A stretch of DNA of 64,000 nucleotides, taken from the NCBI GenBank assembly GCA_963827685.1, contig CAWHBU010000002.1, positions 1,152,001 through 1,216,000 on the forward strand, written 5' to 3'. The DNA comes from an uncultured delta proteobacterium (GTDB lineage: Bacteria > Desulfobacterota > BSN033 > UBA1163). Below are positions 22,067-31,373 of the stretch, one piece after another. How positions within the stretch are numbered: position 1 is the stretch's first letter; each line of letters begins with the position of its first letter. The notes beneath the pieces were generated by a model. It saw only the letters and a program-made list of their open reading frames with translations. It did no database searches and was not told the DNA's origin. Position numbers and translations under genes: made by a program.

Positions 22067-23392
22067 ATGGATAAAGAAAAACAAAATGTGTTGAAGTTGG
22101 CGAAGGAGAATGATGTCAAATTTATTCGACTCTGGTTCACGGACATTCTGGGGTTTTTAAAAGGGTTTGCCATCACCATCGATGAACTGGAGGGTGCTCT
22201 TGAAGAAGGGATGGGGTTTGATGGCTCCTCCATTCAAGGCTATGCCCGCATCGATGAGAGTGATATGATCGCCAAACCCGATCCCAAAACTTTTCAGATC
22301 GTCCCGTGGAGGCCTAAAGAGAATGCTGTTGCCAGGATGTTTGCAGATATCTATGAGCCTGATGGAACCCCTTACAAGGGAGATCCGCGATGGGCGTTAA
22401 AACGGACTCTTAAGAAGGCTCAAGACCTTGGCTACACCCTTTACGTCGGTCCTGAGCTGGAGTACTTCTATTTCAAGGGGAATGATGGGACAGAGATACT
22501 CGACAAAGGAGGTTATTTTGACCTTACCCCCCTGGATGTGGCGACCGAGCTTCGGCGGGAGACCATCTTAACGCTGGAAGCCATGGGAATTCATGTGGAA
22601 TATAGCCATCATGAGGTGGCCCCGAGCCAGCACGAAATTGACCTCCGTTACACAGATGCCCTGACCATGGCAGATAATGCGATGACCTATCGGCTCGTTG
22701 TGAAGGAAATTGCATTGAAACACGGCGTCTATGCGACCTTCATGCCCAAACCCATCTTTGGCCAGAATGGAAGTGGCATGCACACGCACCAATCTCTTTT
22801 TAAGGGCAATAAGAATGCCTTCTTCGATCCAAAAGATGAATTTCATCTCTCCAAGATTGCCAAGTCTTATATGGCCGGGGTTTTGAAACACTCCAAGGAA
22901 ATTACTTCCATCACTTCTCAGTGGGTGAACTCTTACAAGAGGCTTGTCCCGGGCTACGAAGCGCCCGTCTATATCTCCTGGGCGCGCAGGAATCGGTCAG
23001 CCCTCGTTCGTGTTCCTATGTATAAACCGGGAAAGGAAAAAGCCACACGAATGGAATATCGGTCCCCAGACCCAGCCTGCAATCCATACCTGACATTTGC
23101 TGTAATGTTGGCAGCTGGGTTAAAGGGGATTGAAAAGGGTTATGAACTTTCTCCTCCCGTTGAAGAAGACATCTTCGAAATGTCTGAGGCGGCGAGGAAG
23201 AAACACGGGATCGACTCTCTTCCAGGAAATTTATTGGAAGCCATACAACTCACAGAAAAAAGTGAGCTCGTAAAGGAAACATTGGGAGATCATATCTTCC
23301 AAAAATTTATTGAGAACAAAAAGATCGAATGGGATCAATACCGAACCCATGTCTCCCATTTCGAATTAGAAAAATATCTCCCTATTCTATAA
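22067..23392 (+). CDS. glnA: Glutamine synthetase type I-alpha
   Basis: 441 aa; FDGSSIQGY, SHHEVAPSQHEID, KPIFGQNGSGMH; no beta insertion; Phe at the adenylylation position (EEDIFEM). Confidence 0.95.
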   Translation: MDKEKQNVLKLAKENDVKFIRLWFTDILGFLKGFAITIDELEGALEEGMGFDGSSIQGYARIDESDMIAKPDPKTFQIVPWRPKENAVARMFADIYEPDGTPYKGDPRWALKRTLKKAQDLGYTLYVGPELEYFYFKGNDGTEILDKGGYFDLTPLDVATELRRETILTLEAMGIHVEYSHHEVAPSQHEIDLRYTDALTMADNAMTYRLVVKEIALKHGVYATFMPKPIFGQNGSGMHTHQSLFKGNKNAFFDPKDEFHLSKIAKSYMAGVLKHSKEITSITSQWVNSYKRLVPGYEAPVYISWARRNRSALVRVPMYKPGKEKATRMEYRSPDPACNPYLTFAVMLAAGLKGIEKGYELSPPVEEDIFEMSEAARKKHGIDSLPGNLLEAIQLTEKSELVKETLGDHIFQKFIENKKIEWDQYRTHVSHFELEKYLPIL

Positions 23393-23434
23393 GATTCAAC
23401 CCGCAGATTCTTAATGAATCTGGGGGTTGAATCT
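23392..23434 (+). terminator. Long stem-loop immediately after glnA2
   Basis: AGATTCAACCCgCAGATTC-TTAAT-GAATCTGgGGGTTGAATCT. Confidence 0.6.
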
Positions 23435-23583
23435 ATTATAATTAGGTAATATGTTGAAGGTCACATCCTGGACGTTGAGAGTGTGACCTTCAATGATATT
23501 GTGCTCTGATTACGAAGCTGTCTTCTGGTAGGGGTCATAATCCAGAAAATCATTCTAACGATGAAACGAGGTTAATCACCAAA

Positions 23584-26004
23584 GTGAACGAGAAGAAACC
23601 TAAATTAACCTGGATTAAATCTCTTGAAGCGTTTTTGAGCCGGAATCCCGGCCTGAAGATGATCGATGATCCAGAGAAACTTGAATATTACCGCAATGAC
23701 CTGAACGTTGATCTTCCTCCCATGATTCGCGACCTCATGCTGAAGAGCTTGCCTGATATCATTTTCCAGCCCACCACTGAAGAACACCTGCTGGAGATTT
23801 TTGCGTTTGCCCGAGATCATAAAATCCCAGTAACCATAAGGGGCGCTGGAACTTGGGGATATGGCGGAGCAGTACCTACCCGCGGAGGAATACTCATCGA
23901 TCTCGGGTTAATGGACACGATTGAGGTCAATCCTGAAACCCTGCAGTTGACAGTGGGTCCAGGTGCACGTTTTCTCGACATACACCGGGAACTCGAACGC
24001 AAAGGCCTAACCCTTCTCAGCATGACTTCTGGGAAGGGCGGAACCCTCATAGGCTGGATGGCCACAGGAGGCATGGGATTTGGCACCTTTCGCCATGGCC
24101 CGGTGCGAAATCAGCTGATCTCCATACGGGTAATCACACCCGAGGGCAAGGCACGAGATCTGAAGTCTGACGACCCGGAGGTCGGTTACTTCCTTTCCAC
24201 TGAAGGGCAGATGGGAATTATTGTGAAAGCCACACTCAAGGTTGGCCGACGACCATCACAATGGTATCCTTTCGTTCTCCCCTTTGAAAGGACGTCTGCT
24301 GCCTATGCCTTTGCGAAGCAGGTTTCCCATCACCTCTTGCTCAAGCCTCATGACGTGATCGTTTACCACACCAAATTGGTGTGCGTCCTCAAGGAACAAT
24401 CAAATGGAAAAATGTCGATTGAGGATAAGAACGTGGTCCTGGTCGCATTTGCCGATGAGGGGCAGGCCCGTGGGTTCAAGGCTTTTCTGAATGATCACGG
24501 CATTCAGCCAGCTGATGAAGCATCAGCCCATTACCTCTGGGAAGAGCGGTTCCTCCCCATGTCCATCAAGCATCTTGGGCCGTCTCTTCTGGCCACGGAG
24601 GTGCTTCTCCCTCTGGATCAAGTCGCTGCCTACTTTGAAAAAATCAGCCAATGGGGCAAACGCTTAGGTGTCACTTTTTACCCATCCTCTCATCTCATCA
24701 GTCAAGACCAAGTCCTCTTTCTCGCCATGGTCGCCTCTGACTATCGGAAGGCTATTTTCTACGTAGACCTCATGCTCGTTCCGATGATGGTCAGGCTGGC
24801 TGTCCAGCTTTATCGTGGAAAGCCTTATGGACTGGGGATCTGGAATACACCTTTCTTACGCGACCTCCACCCCAAGGAAGAGTTGAAACAGCTGCGCCAA
24901 TACAAGAAGGTTGTAGATCCTGCCGGAATCCTCAACCCGGGAAAATTCTTTTCTGTCTCAGGGAGACTGGGCCCTCTTCAAAAGATACTCTTCCACCCAA
25001 ACCTCTTTAACCTTGAGATTTCTTCAACACAGTGGCTCCTCTTCAAACTCTTCTCCATCATCCCGGAGAAGACGCTTCGAAAGCAAATCCCCGTTGCTCC
25101 GGAAGGGCTTGAAGGGATTGCAAACGATGTCCTGTCCTGTGCCCAGTGCGGAAACTGCGTGTCCCGGTGTCCTGTTTACCGCGCCACTGGAAATGAAATT
25201 CTCACAGCGAGAGGAAAACTGCTCACCGTGAAGCGAGCCCTGGAAGCGAAAAAGGTCGAGTTGTCGAAGCTCCTGCCCCTTTACTTCTGTCTCCACTGCG
25301 GACGCTGCGATGAAGAATGCCAGGTCAATCTAAAACATCGCGAACTTTACGACCACTTGGAGAACTTCCTATCCCGAACCATCGATTTTCCAATTCAACA
25401 AATAACGGACTTCGTTCAGGAGGTGGAGAGAAGCCCGGAGTTTTACCGTTTTCTCGATGTGATCCGAACGGGTTTCGACCAGAAGATTCACGAACAGCGA
25501 CAGACCTTCCCGAGGTACCGTGTTCTCATTGATGAAGAATACTGTCTCCATTGCGGCACCTGTGTCGATGCCTGTATGTATAGCGTGCGGAAGCGTGACG
25601 AGTCAGATCCCCGTAAGGTTGTGATTGCTGACGAAGCACTCTGTCGCGGCTGTGGGGCGTGTTTGGAGCGGTGTCCACAAATTGCAGCCGGACTGGCAGC
25701 CACTTCCGTTGAACTGCATCCAGACTATCTCAGCTTGGATGACCCGTACTGGAAAAGCGAAGTGATTGGCCGCATCGACCTGGAGGCGACGACAGGCAAG
25801 ATTCCTGTCTCCGGCACGGGCCAGGGAGACCCGCATCGTGGCTCCGGGAACGACGGCATTCGTTTCGGTCACTTTCATATCGTGGGACCTGCGCAGAATC
25901 TCCTCTATGAAAGCTCCGCAGACGCCATCGCCGTCCAACTCGGGAAGCGGCCGAAATATTTGACGTTCAACGGACACAGGATCGAGACCCCTCCCCCCGC
26001 CTGA
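23584..26004 (+). CDS. N-terminal part of giant glutamate-synthase-like polyprotein: FAD-linked oxidase (GlcD/D-lactate dehydrogenase fold), four Fe-S motifs, start of GltB2-like domain
   Basis: RGAGTWGYGGAVP, TEGQMGII, DPAGILNPGK; CAQCGNCVSRCP, CLHCGRCDEEC, CLHCGTCVDAC, CRGCGACLERCP; frame breaks at C6 run 25993-25998. Confidence 0.85.
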   Translation: MNEKKPKLTWIKSLEAFLSRNPGLKMIDDPEKLEYYRNDLNVDLPPMIRDLMLKSLPDIIFQPTTEEHLLEIFAFARDHKIPVTIRGAGTWGYGGAVPTRGGILIDLGLMDTIEVNPETLQLTVGPGARFLDIHRELERKGLTLLSMTSGKGGTLIGWMATGGMGFGTFRHGPVRNQLISIRVITPEGKARDLKSDDPEVGYFLSTEGQMGIIVKATLKVGRRPSQWYPFVLPFERTSAAYAFAKQVSHHLLLKPHDVIVYHTKLVCVLKEQSNGKMSIEDKNVVLVAFADEGQARGFKAFLNDHGIQPADEASAHYLWEERFLPMSIKHLGPSLLATEVLLPLDQVAAYFEKISQWGKRLGVTFYPSSHLISQDQVLFLAMVASDYRKAIFYVDLMLVPMMVRLAVQLYRGKPYGLGIWNTPFLRDLHPKEELKQLRQYKKVVDPAGILNPGKFFSVSGRLGPLQKILFHPNLFNLEISSTQWLLFKLFSIIPEKTLRKQIPVAPEGLEGIANDVLSCAQCGNCVSRCPVYRATGNEILTARGKLLTVKRALEAKKVELSKLLPLYFCLHCGRCDEECQVNLKHRELYDHLENFLSRTIDFPIQQITDFVQEVERSPEFYRFLDVIRTGFDQKIHEQRQTFPRYRVLIDEEYCLHCGTCVDACMYSVRKRDESDPRKVVIADEALCRGCGACLERCPQIAAGLAATSVELHPDYLSLDDPYWKSEVIGRIDLEATTGKIPVSGTGQGDPHRGSGNDGIRFGHFHIVGPAQNLLYESSADAIAVQLGKRPKYLTFNGHRIETPPPA

Positions 26005-26033
26005 TCGGGCTGAAAACGCCCCTCCTCCTCGAT

Positions 26034-29000
26034 GTGATGCCGATGGATGGGGGAGAAACCTTATTGGACTCCATGTTTGAGGCCGCCCGAACCATGGGGA
26101 CCCGTCTCACCCTCCGGTTAGAAGAAGTTGAGAAATACGGGTTGAAGATCGGGGATCGACTGCATTCTCTGATTCTTCGGTTGACTGCAAACGACGTTAG
26201 GAACCTGGCCGCGGGAAAGAAGTGGCCTGAAGTCTTTCAGAATCATTCTTGCGATTCGATAGAAATCGAACTGGACGACACGGTTCTGGCACGAATCGAT
26301 GAATTGAAACGTCTCTTCGCTGGATCCACTGTTCTCTCCGCCGTCATAAAGATCAAAAAGGACGATGTGGATTCGGAGCTCAGGCCAGCGCCGATATTCC
26401 AGCAAAAGCTGGAATCCTTATTCCGATCGCCTTTTGATATTTTGTGCCTCACGTCAGATTACGACTCAGACAAAGGATACTACCCCACCACGGATGCAGT
26501 GCCCGCGGTTCATCGATTTCTGGTCGAGCAGAAACTGCGCCACCGGTTTTCAATCCTTGCTGCTGGAGGGATCCGCTCTGCGGCTGATTCGCAAAAGACG
26601 ATTCAGCGAGGCGCCAACGGAATAAAGATCGATTGGCCCGTGCTGTTGACCGCTGATCCAATGGCACGGCAGAGATTCCTCAGAGGCGAACAGATCCAGA
26701 TTTCATTTGATACACCGGCATTGGCAAAGCGAATCACCAACCTCATCCGGGTATGGAATGTTCAGATCATTGAAGTTCTTGGCGCCTCTGGGTTTAAGGA
26801 GATCAGAAAAACCGTGGGCGAAGAGAATCGGCTGCTCATTTTTGACGACCTTGAGGAACGGGTTTACGACATCTTTAAGAACCAAGGTCGCCTGGACCGA
26901 AACAGCCAATGCAACCCAGCCCGTATACAGAGAGAGGGAGATGGCTTTGGATGGCGGTACAGTCAATTGACGAATCTTATTCAGCCCACGCATCTCCCGC
27001 ACCGATTCTACAACTGTGACCTGAAACCCTCGTGCTATCGCATCTTCGATCGCGATTATGTCTGGCCGGCCTCCCTCATTGCATCCGTTGGCCGCATGGC
27101 CAGTGGAGACCGGGAGGCGCTTTTGCTCAGCCATACAGAGGAGCGAGGCAATCTCGGAGATGGCTTCGATTTTATCCAGGTCCAGTTTCAGCAGAACCCT
27201 GATACTATCCCAGAGGGAATGCTGGATGAAGTATCAACCGCTCTTCAGATCACCCCTCAATTGCGACTGAAGGCACCCTTTATCGGAGCCGGAATGTCTG
27301 TTGGGTCCATTGGCCCGGGGACCTGGCGTGCCCGAGTCTTGGCAACCCGTGCCCTCAGGACCCAGATGGATACTGGCGAAGGTGGATACCCGACTATTTT
27401 TATCCTTGATTCGAAGTGGAACCCTCTGGACTTAACGGATCAACAAGTGGCTCTTTTAGGCCGGTTCATGGAAGAAAGGAAGCTCATCCCCGTAGAGGAG
27501 TTGATCAAAAAGGTCCGCCAGGAGGTGGACGAATCCCTTGAATATCAGGGATTACTGGATGCGCTCGGAAAATATCCGGCTTCCATGCCGATCCAGTACG
27601 TTCCCATTGTCACGCCCGAAGACGAGCCTTATGTCTCCACTCAACTCAAGACAGGTCTATTTGGAGTGACCAAGGAGAGTATCCGACGTGCCCGCCGCGT
27701 GGTGATCGCTTACAGCCAGGGAGCTAAACAAGGTGTCGGTGGTCACTTGCTGGGAAGAAAAGTCTTTGGTCTGGTCTCGAGGCTGCGGGGAGTCGCCGAA
27801 GGGGTCAGCCTTATCTCCCCCTTCCCTTTTCATAATTGCTATTCGATTGAAGATGTGAAGGCATTCATCGACGCTGTCCGGATGATCAACCGTCATACGA
27901 CCATCTGCATCAAGGTTTCGCCATCTCCTGATATTGAATTCATCGTTTCCGGCCTCGCCCGCATCGCCAAGGACAACCAGATGGTCGTCGAAGTCTGGTT
28001 GGATGGACCTCGCGGAGGCACAGGCGCAGCTCCGGACATCATCAAGGGCCAGATGGGAATGCACATGGAGTACGCGATCCCCCTTTGCCATGAGAAATTG
28101 ATGGACGACGGACTGAGAGATTACGTTGTTTTCATGGGAAGCGGCGGATTTCGCACATGGGGAGACGTGATCAAGGGAATCGCCTTGGGACTTGATGGTG
28201 TCGTCCTGGGTACCGCAGACCTTGTGGCCATCGGTTGTGTTCGGGACCGCAACTGCGAGTCAGGGTGCCGAAGTGGTATCTCCACCATTGAACCGAGAAT
28301 GCAGCTGTTACGCGATGTTGAAGTAAATACCCAACAGATCATCAACTTCCGTTCAATTCTCCAAGCTCAGACGATTAGAGCCCTTGCAGCTCTGGGTATG
28401 AAAGACATCAGAGAACTACGGGGCCATTATGATTGCATCCAATGGCCACTTCTCGAAGAGAGAGTCCGAGAGCGTCGCCGTCGTAGGGCTGAGATTTCAT
28501 TGGCTCGCCCTTTCGGCAGGCAAGGAGAAGCCTCACAGCAAATAGCGGCAAATCCGATGCCCGCTCCCTCGGATTGTGGTGTCGCTGCCATTGTCTCCAA
28601 CCATTTCATCCCGAGTCACGTAATGGACTTGATGCTTGAACGTATGGGTAACCGCGGCATGGATGGGGTTGGAATTTGGAAAGGAGGCTGTTACCCCCTT
28701 CATATGGATCAGTATGCCCTGCAGGTCTTAGTCAAGGGCATACTTCAATCCGACGTCGAGCAGGAATATACGTTCAAAGAACCAGATCTCAATCTAGTAG
28801 AAATTCGTCGGCGAGCCAGGCAGGAGGTCTTGGCCGAGCGCCGCCATATCATGCAAGAAATCTTTGACCACTATTTCACAGGGGTTGAACTGGATGGTTT
28901 CAACGGCGACCTGGAGAAGTGCCGTTTCCCGTATCGGCTCGATCAGGAAGGTCACGAACAGGATTTCCGACTCTTCGGCGAGAAGGATCCGGGCGATGTG

Positions 29001-31175
29001 TTCCGATTCTTTGTACGGGTGCGACGTGAAGAGTTGTATCGCTTTGTGGAGAATGACCTGCTCAAGGATTCCATCTGGCCACCCCGTCAGATGCGCTATC
29101 GAGATCTGACCGTTGAGAATTACGGAACGAACATAGATTTTTTGCAGGAGGCCGAGGACGAGTACATCTACCGGCTTTCCCGCAAGATCACACGGGAGAA
29201 CTACGCAGAGGCTCCACAAAAGAAGGCGGCGGTTATGTCGTGTGGTAAGAACTCCGGCTGCTGGAAGAGCGATGGTCGGGAAATTCCATGGGAGCTTCCA
29301 GAAGCGCCTGTAAATGTTATCCATCGGCGGTTAGCCACTGGTTCTGTGGTGGACCAGATGAATGCCCACCCCTTTGCTGAGCTTCACACAGCCTTGACCC
29401 ACAATGGGGAGACGACGAATTATCGCACGATGCTGAATCGAGTCTCACAGTTCAACCTGACGCCTTTGGCTCAAACCGATACAGCCGTGGCGTCTCTTAA
29501 ACTTCACCTGCTCAGCCAATACCTCCATTATCCCTTCGACGCTCTTGTTGAATCTTTTTCACCCACGACAGGGTGGAAGCTGACCCAGTTGCCTCCTGAG
29601 ATAAAGGACCGCTTCGAGCATGTGCAGGAGGTAGAGTTGGAAAGTGCTCCAGATGGCCCGTACCAATACCTTTGCGGTCGGATCGACCCCTATCGCAGGG
29701 TCATCGAGCGGTTGGACATTATCGACCCGTCCTTGCTTCGGCCCAACGTGGCAATGCTCTATGACGATGGAGATAATTTCGTGAGCATCATCTGTTCCGA
29801 GAAACAAGGGAGTGATGCAGGGTTGCAGGAGCTTCATCGTCTGGGGATCGTGCGAAGCACCCACCCACCTTTGACCTTCACAGTCAACACAGGCATGGTG
29901 AGCAGGGTCTTCTACGACGAGAAGGGAAAAATCACAAGCCACGAGGTATTAGACAAATTCGGCAAACGGCTGGATATTCCCCACGGGACGTATCCTTCTG
30001 CAGAGTCACTCCCTTCTGTGGCCGGCGGCATAGGAATCCAGAAGATATCCGATCCTTCCGTCTTTGTGCGAGATCGGCTATCCCGTTGGGGGTTTGGCGA
30101 ATTCAAAACGGCTTTAGAGCAGATAACAAGGAATTCTTCAATGGTGCAAGCAGTCAAGGAGCTGACCCGAATCCACGACTATCTGCCGGGTTGGGAAACC
30201 GGAGATAAAGATAGAGGGACTCTTCAACATATCCTCGAAGACCATATCAACTCGGCCTTGGATCGCGTGAACGGTGAAAATGGAATCGTTCGCGTTAGCT
30301 TGGCCAATGCTGGAAAGCTCAAAAAACCTGAAGGGACAGACCAGATCTTAGTAATTGACAGCCGGGGATTTCGGCCCGAAGGCATCGATCCGTTGAAGGT
30401 GCTGAGCTGTTTTCTCGATCATGCCCATCGCATGGGATGGAGAAAATTCATCGTCTACAGAGCGGAGGGCCAACGGGGTATTGGCATGGGTATGGGGTCC
30501 GGCCTAACCCTGGACACCACCGTAGACGTTTATGGAAGTCCGGGTGAATACTGTGGTGCATTCAACATGGGAACCTTGGTGCGCGTTCATGGCCATGCTC
30601 AGAACTTCACTGGAATGGTCATGCACTCTGGAACACTTGAGATCCATGGTGACGTGGGAAAGGTAACAGGATACTCTGCAAAGGGAGGAACATTCAATAT
30701 CCTTGGCAACGTCGTAGACCGGGGATGGGTCTGCGCGGTGAGCGACCCCCGTGGCCCGGGGCTTGAGGTCAACATCGTGGGGACTGCGTACGAGCACCTC
30801 TGCCAGGCCTTAATGGGTGGATCCGTAATCATGCTTGGTCTCTTTCGGGGGTATGACGGAATGCTCCGTCAAATGGATTCCCCTTACAGTGGCGCTAAAA
30901 TCTTGGCAGGTGCCTCTGCCGGAGAAGTAGTCTTCTATGACCCTAAAAAGAGATTGGAAGAAGGACAGTACAAGAGTTGTGCCATACAACCTATCAATGA
31001 TAAGAAGTGGGAAGAGATCGTGGGCCGCCTTATGAAACTGGAAAGTATCTTTGGCCTAGGTTTCTCTCGAGAAAACAGCCATCTCACGGCTCATATCGAC
31101 GGACGACTGAAAACCATCACGCCCGAGAGTTTTCGATGGATATTACCAAAGGGTGAGTTGGAGGGTTATCACTAG
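26034..31175 (+). CDS. C-terminal part of giant glutamate-synthase-like polyprotein: degenerate FMN barrel, FMN barrel, class II GATase, GXGXG
   Basis: GMSVGS, DTGEGG, SQGAKQGVGGHL, CYSIED, DGPRGGTGAAP, CVRDRNCESGC; internal SD-CGVAA, NRGMDGVG, HRRLAT, HPF, HNGE, TDT, DGP; C-terminal beta-helix repeats. Confidence 0.88.
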   Translation: MMPMDGGETLLDSMFEAARTMGTRLTLRLEEVEKYGLKIGDRLHSLILRLTANDVRNLAAGKKWPEVFQNHSCDSIEIELDDTVLARIDELKRLFAGSTVLSAVIKIKKDDVDSELRPAPIFQQKLESLFRSPFDILCLTSDYDSDKGYYPTTDAVPAVHRFLVEQKLRHRFSILAAGGIRSAADSQKTIQRGANGIKIDWPVLLTADPMARQRFLRGEQIQISFDTPALAKRITNLIRVWNVQIIEVLGASGFKEIRKTVGEENRLLIFDDLEERVYDIFKNQGRLDRNSQCNPARIQREGDGFGWRYSQLTNLIQPTHLPHRFYNCDLKPSCYRIFDRDYVWPASLIASVGRMASGDREALLLSHTEERGNLGDGFDFIQVQFQQNPDTIPEGMLDEVSTALQITPQLRLKAPFIGAGMSVGSIGPGTWRARVLATRALRTQMDTGEGGYPTIFILDSKWNPLDLTDQQVALLGRFMEERKLIPVEELIKKVRQEVDESLEYQGLLDALGKYPASMPIQYVPIVTPEDEPYVSTQLKTGLFGVTKESIRRARRVVIAYSQGAKQGVGGHLLGRKVFGLVSRLRGVAEGVSLISPFPFHNCYSIEDVKAFIDAVRMINRHTTICIKVSPSPDIEFIVSGLARIAKDNQMVVEVWLDGPRGGTGAAPDIIKGQMGMHMEYAIPLCHEKLMDDGLRDYVVFMGSGGFRTWGDVIKGIALGLDGVVLGTADLVAIGCVRDRNCESGCRSGISTIEPRMQLLRDVEVNTQQIINFRSILQAQTIRALAALGMKDIRELRGHYDCIQWPLLEERVRERRRRRAEISLARPFGRQGEASQQIAANPMPAPSDCGVAAIVSNHFIPSHVMDLMLERMGNRGMDGVGIWKGGCYPLHMDQYALQVLVKGILQSDVEQEYTFKEPDLNLVEIRRRARQEVLAERRHIMQEIFDHYFTGVELDGFNGDLEKCRFPYRLDQEGHEQDFRLFGEKDPGDVFRFFVRVRREELYRFVENDLLKDSIWPPRQMRYRDLTVENYGTNIDFLQEAEDEYIYRLSRKITRENYAEAPQKKAAVMSCGKNSGCWKSDGREIPWELPEAPVNVIHRRLATGSVVDQMNAHPFAELHTALTHNGETTNYRTMLNRVSQFNLTPLAQTDTAVASLKLHLLSQYLHYPFDALVESFSPTTGWKLTQLPPEIKDRFEHVQEVELESAPDGPYQYLCGRIDPYRRVIERLDIIDPSLLRPNVAMLYDDGDNFVSIICSEKQGSDAGLQELHRLGIVRSTHPPLTFTVNTGMVSRVFYDEKGKITSHEVLDKFGKRLDIPHGTYPSAESLPSVAGGIGIQKISDPSVFVRDRLSRWGFGEFKTALEQITRNSSMVQAVKELTRIHDYLPGWETGDKDRGTLQHILEDHINSALDRVNGENGIVRVSLANAGKLKKPEGTDQILVIDSRGFRPEGIDPLKVLSCFLDHAHRMGWRKFIVYRAEGQRGIGMGMGSGLTLDTTVDVYGSPGEYCGAFNMGTLVRVHGHAQNFTGMVMHSGTLEIHGDVGKVTGYSAKGGTFNILGNVVDRGWVCAVSDPRGPGLEVNIVGTAYEHLCQALMGGSVIMLGLFRGYDGMLRQMDSPYSGAKILAGASAGEVVFYDPKKRLEEGQYKSCAIQPINDKKWEEIVGRLMKLESIFGLGFSRENSHLTAHIDGRLKTITPESFRWILPKGELEGYH

Positions 31176-31316
31176 TGCAGTGATTCAGAAATCTCTTTCC
31201 ATTATTTGTCATTCCGGGCTTGACCCGGAATCCAGTGTCTGTGGGCTGGATTCCCGCCTTCGCGGGAATGACGGCCTCGGAATTAATGTAAAGAAGCCTT
31301 TGATTCACTGCAATAG
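31172..31316. mobile_element. MITE-like element containing a REP-like doublet
   Basis: Terminal inverted repeats (IRs) CTAGTGCAGTGATTCA / TGATTCACTGCAATAG; internal GTCATTCCGGGCTTGACCCGGAATCCAG...CTGGATTCCCGCCTTCGCGGGAATGAC. Confidence 0.6.
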
Positions 31317-31373
31317 GTACAATTTATCTCCTCCCCTTTTCACAGTGGATTCCATCTCACAGAAGCCACTCTG

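Noticed and set aside
25990-26004. Programmed -1 frameshift in the giant synthase
   Set aside because: CCT CCC CCC is not a canonical X XXY YYZ slippery site, and the window has several similar single-base losses; sequencing error is more likely, though unproven
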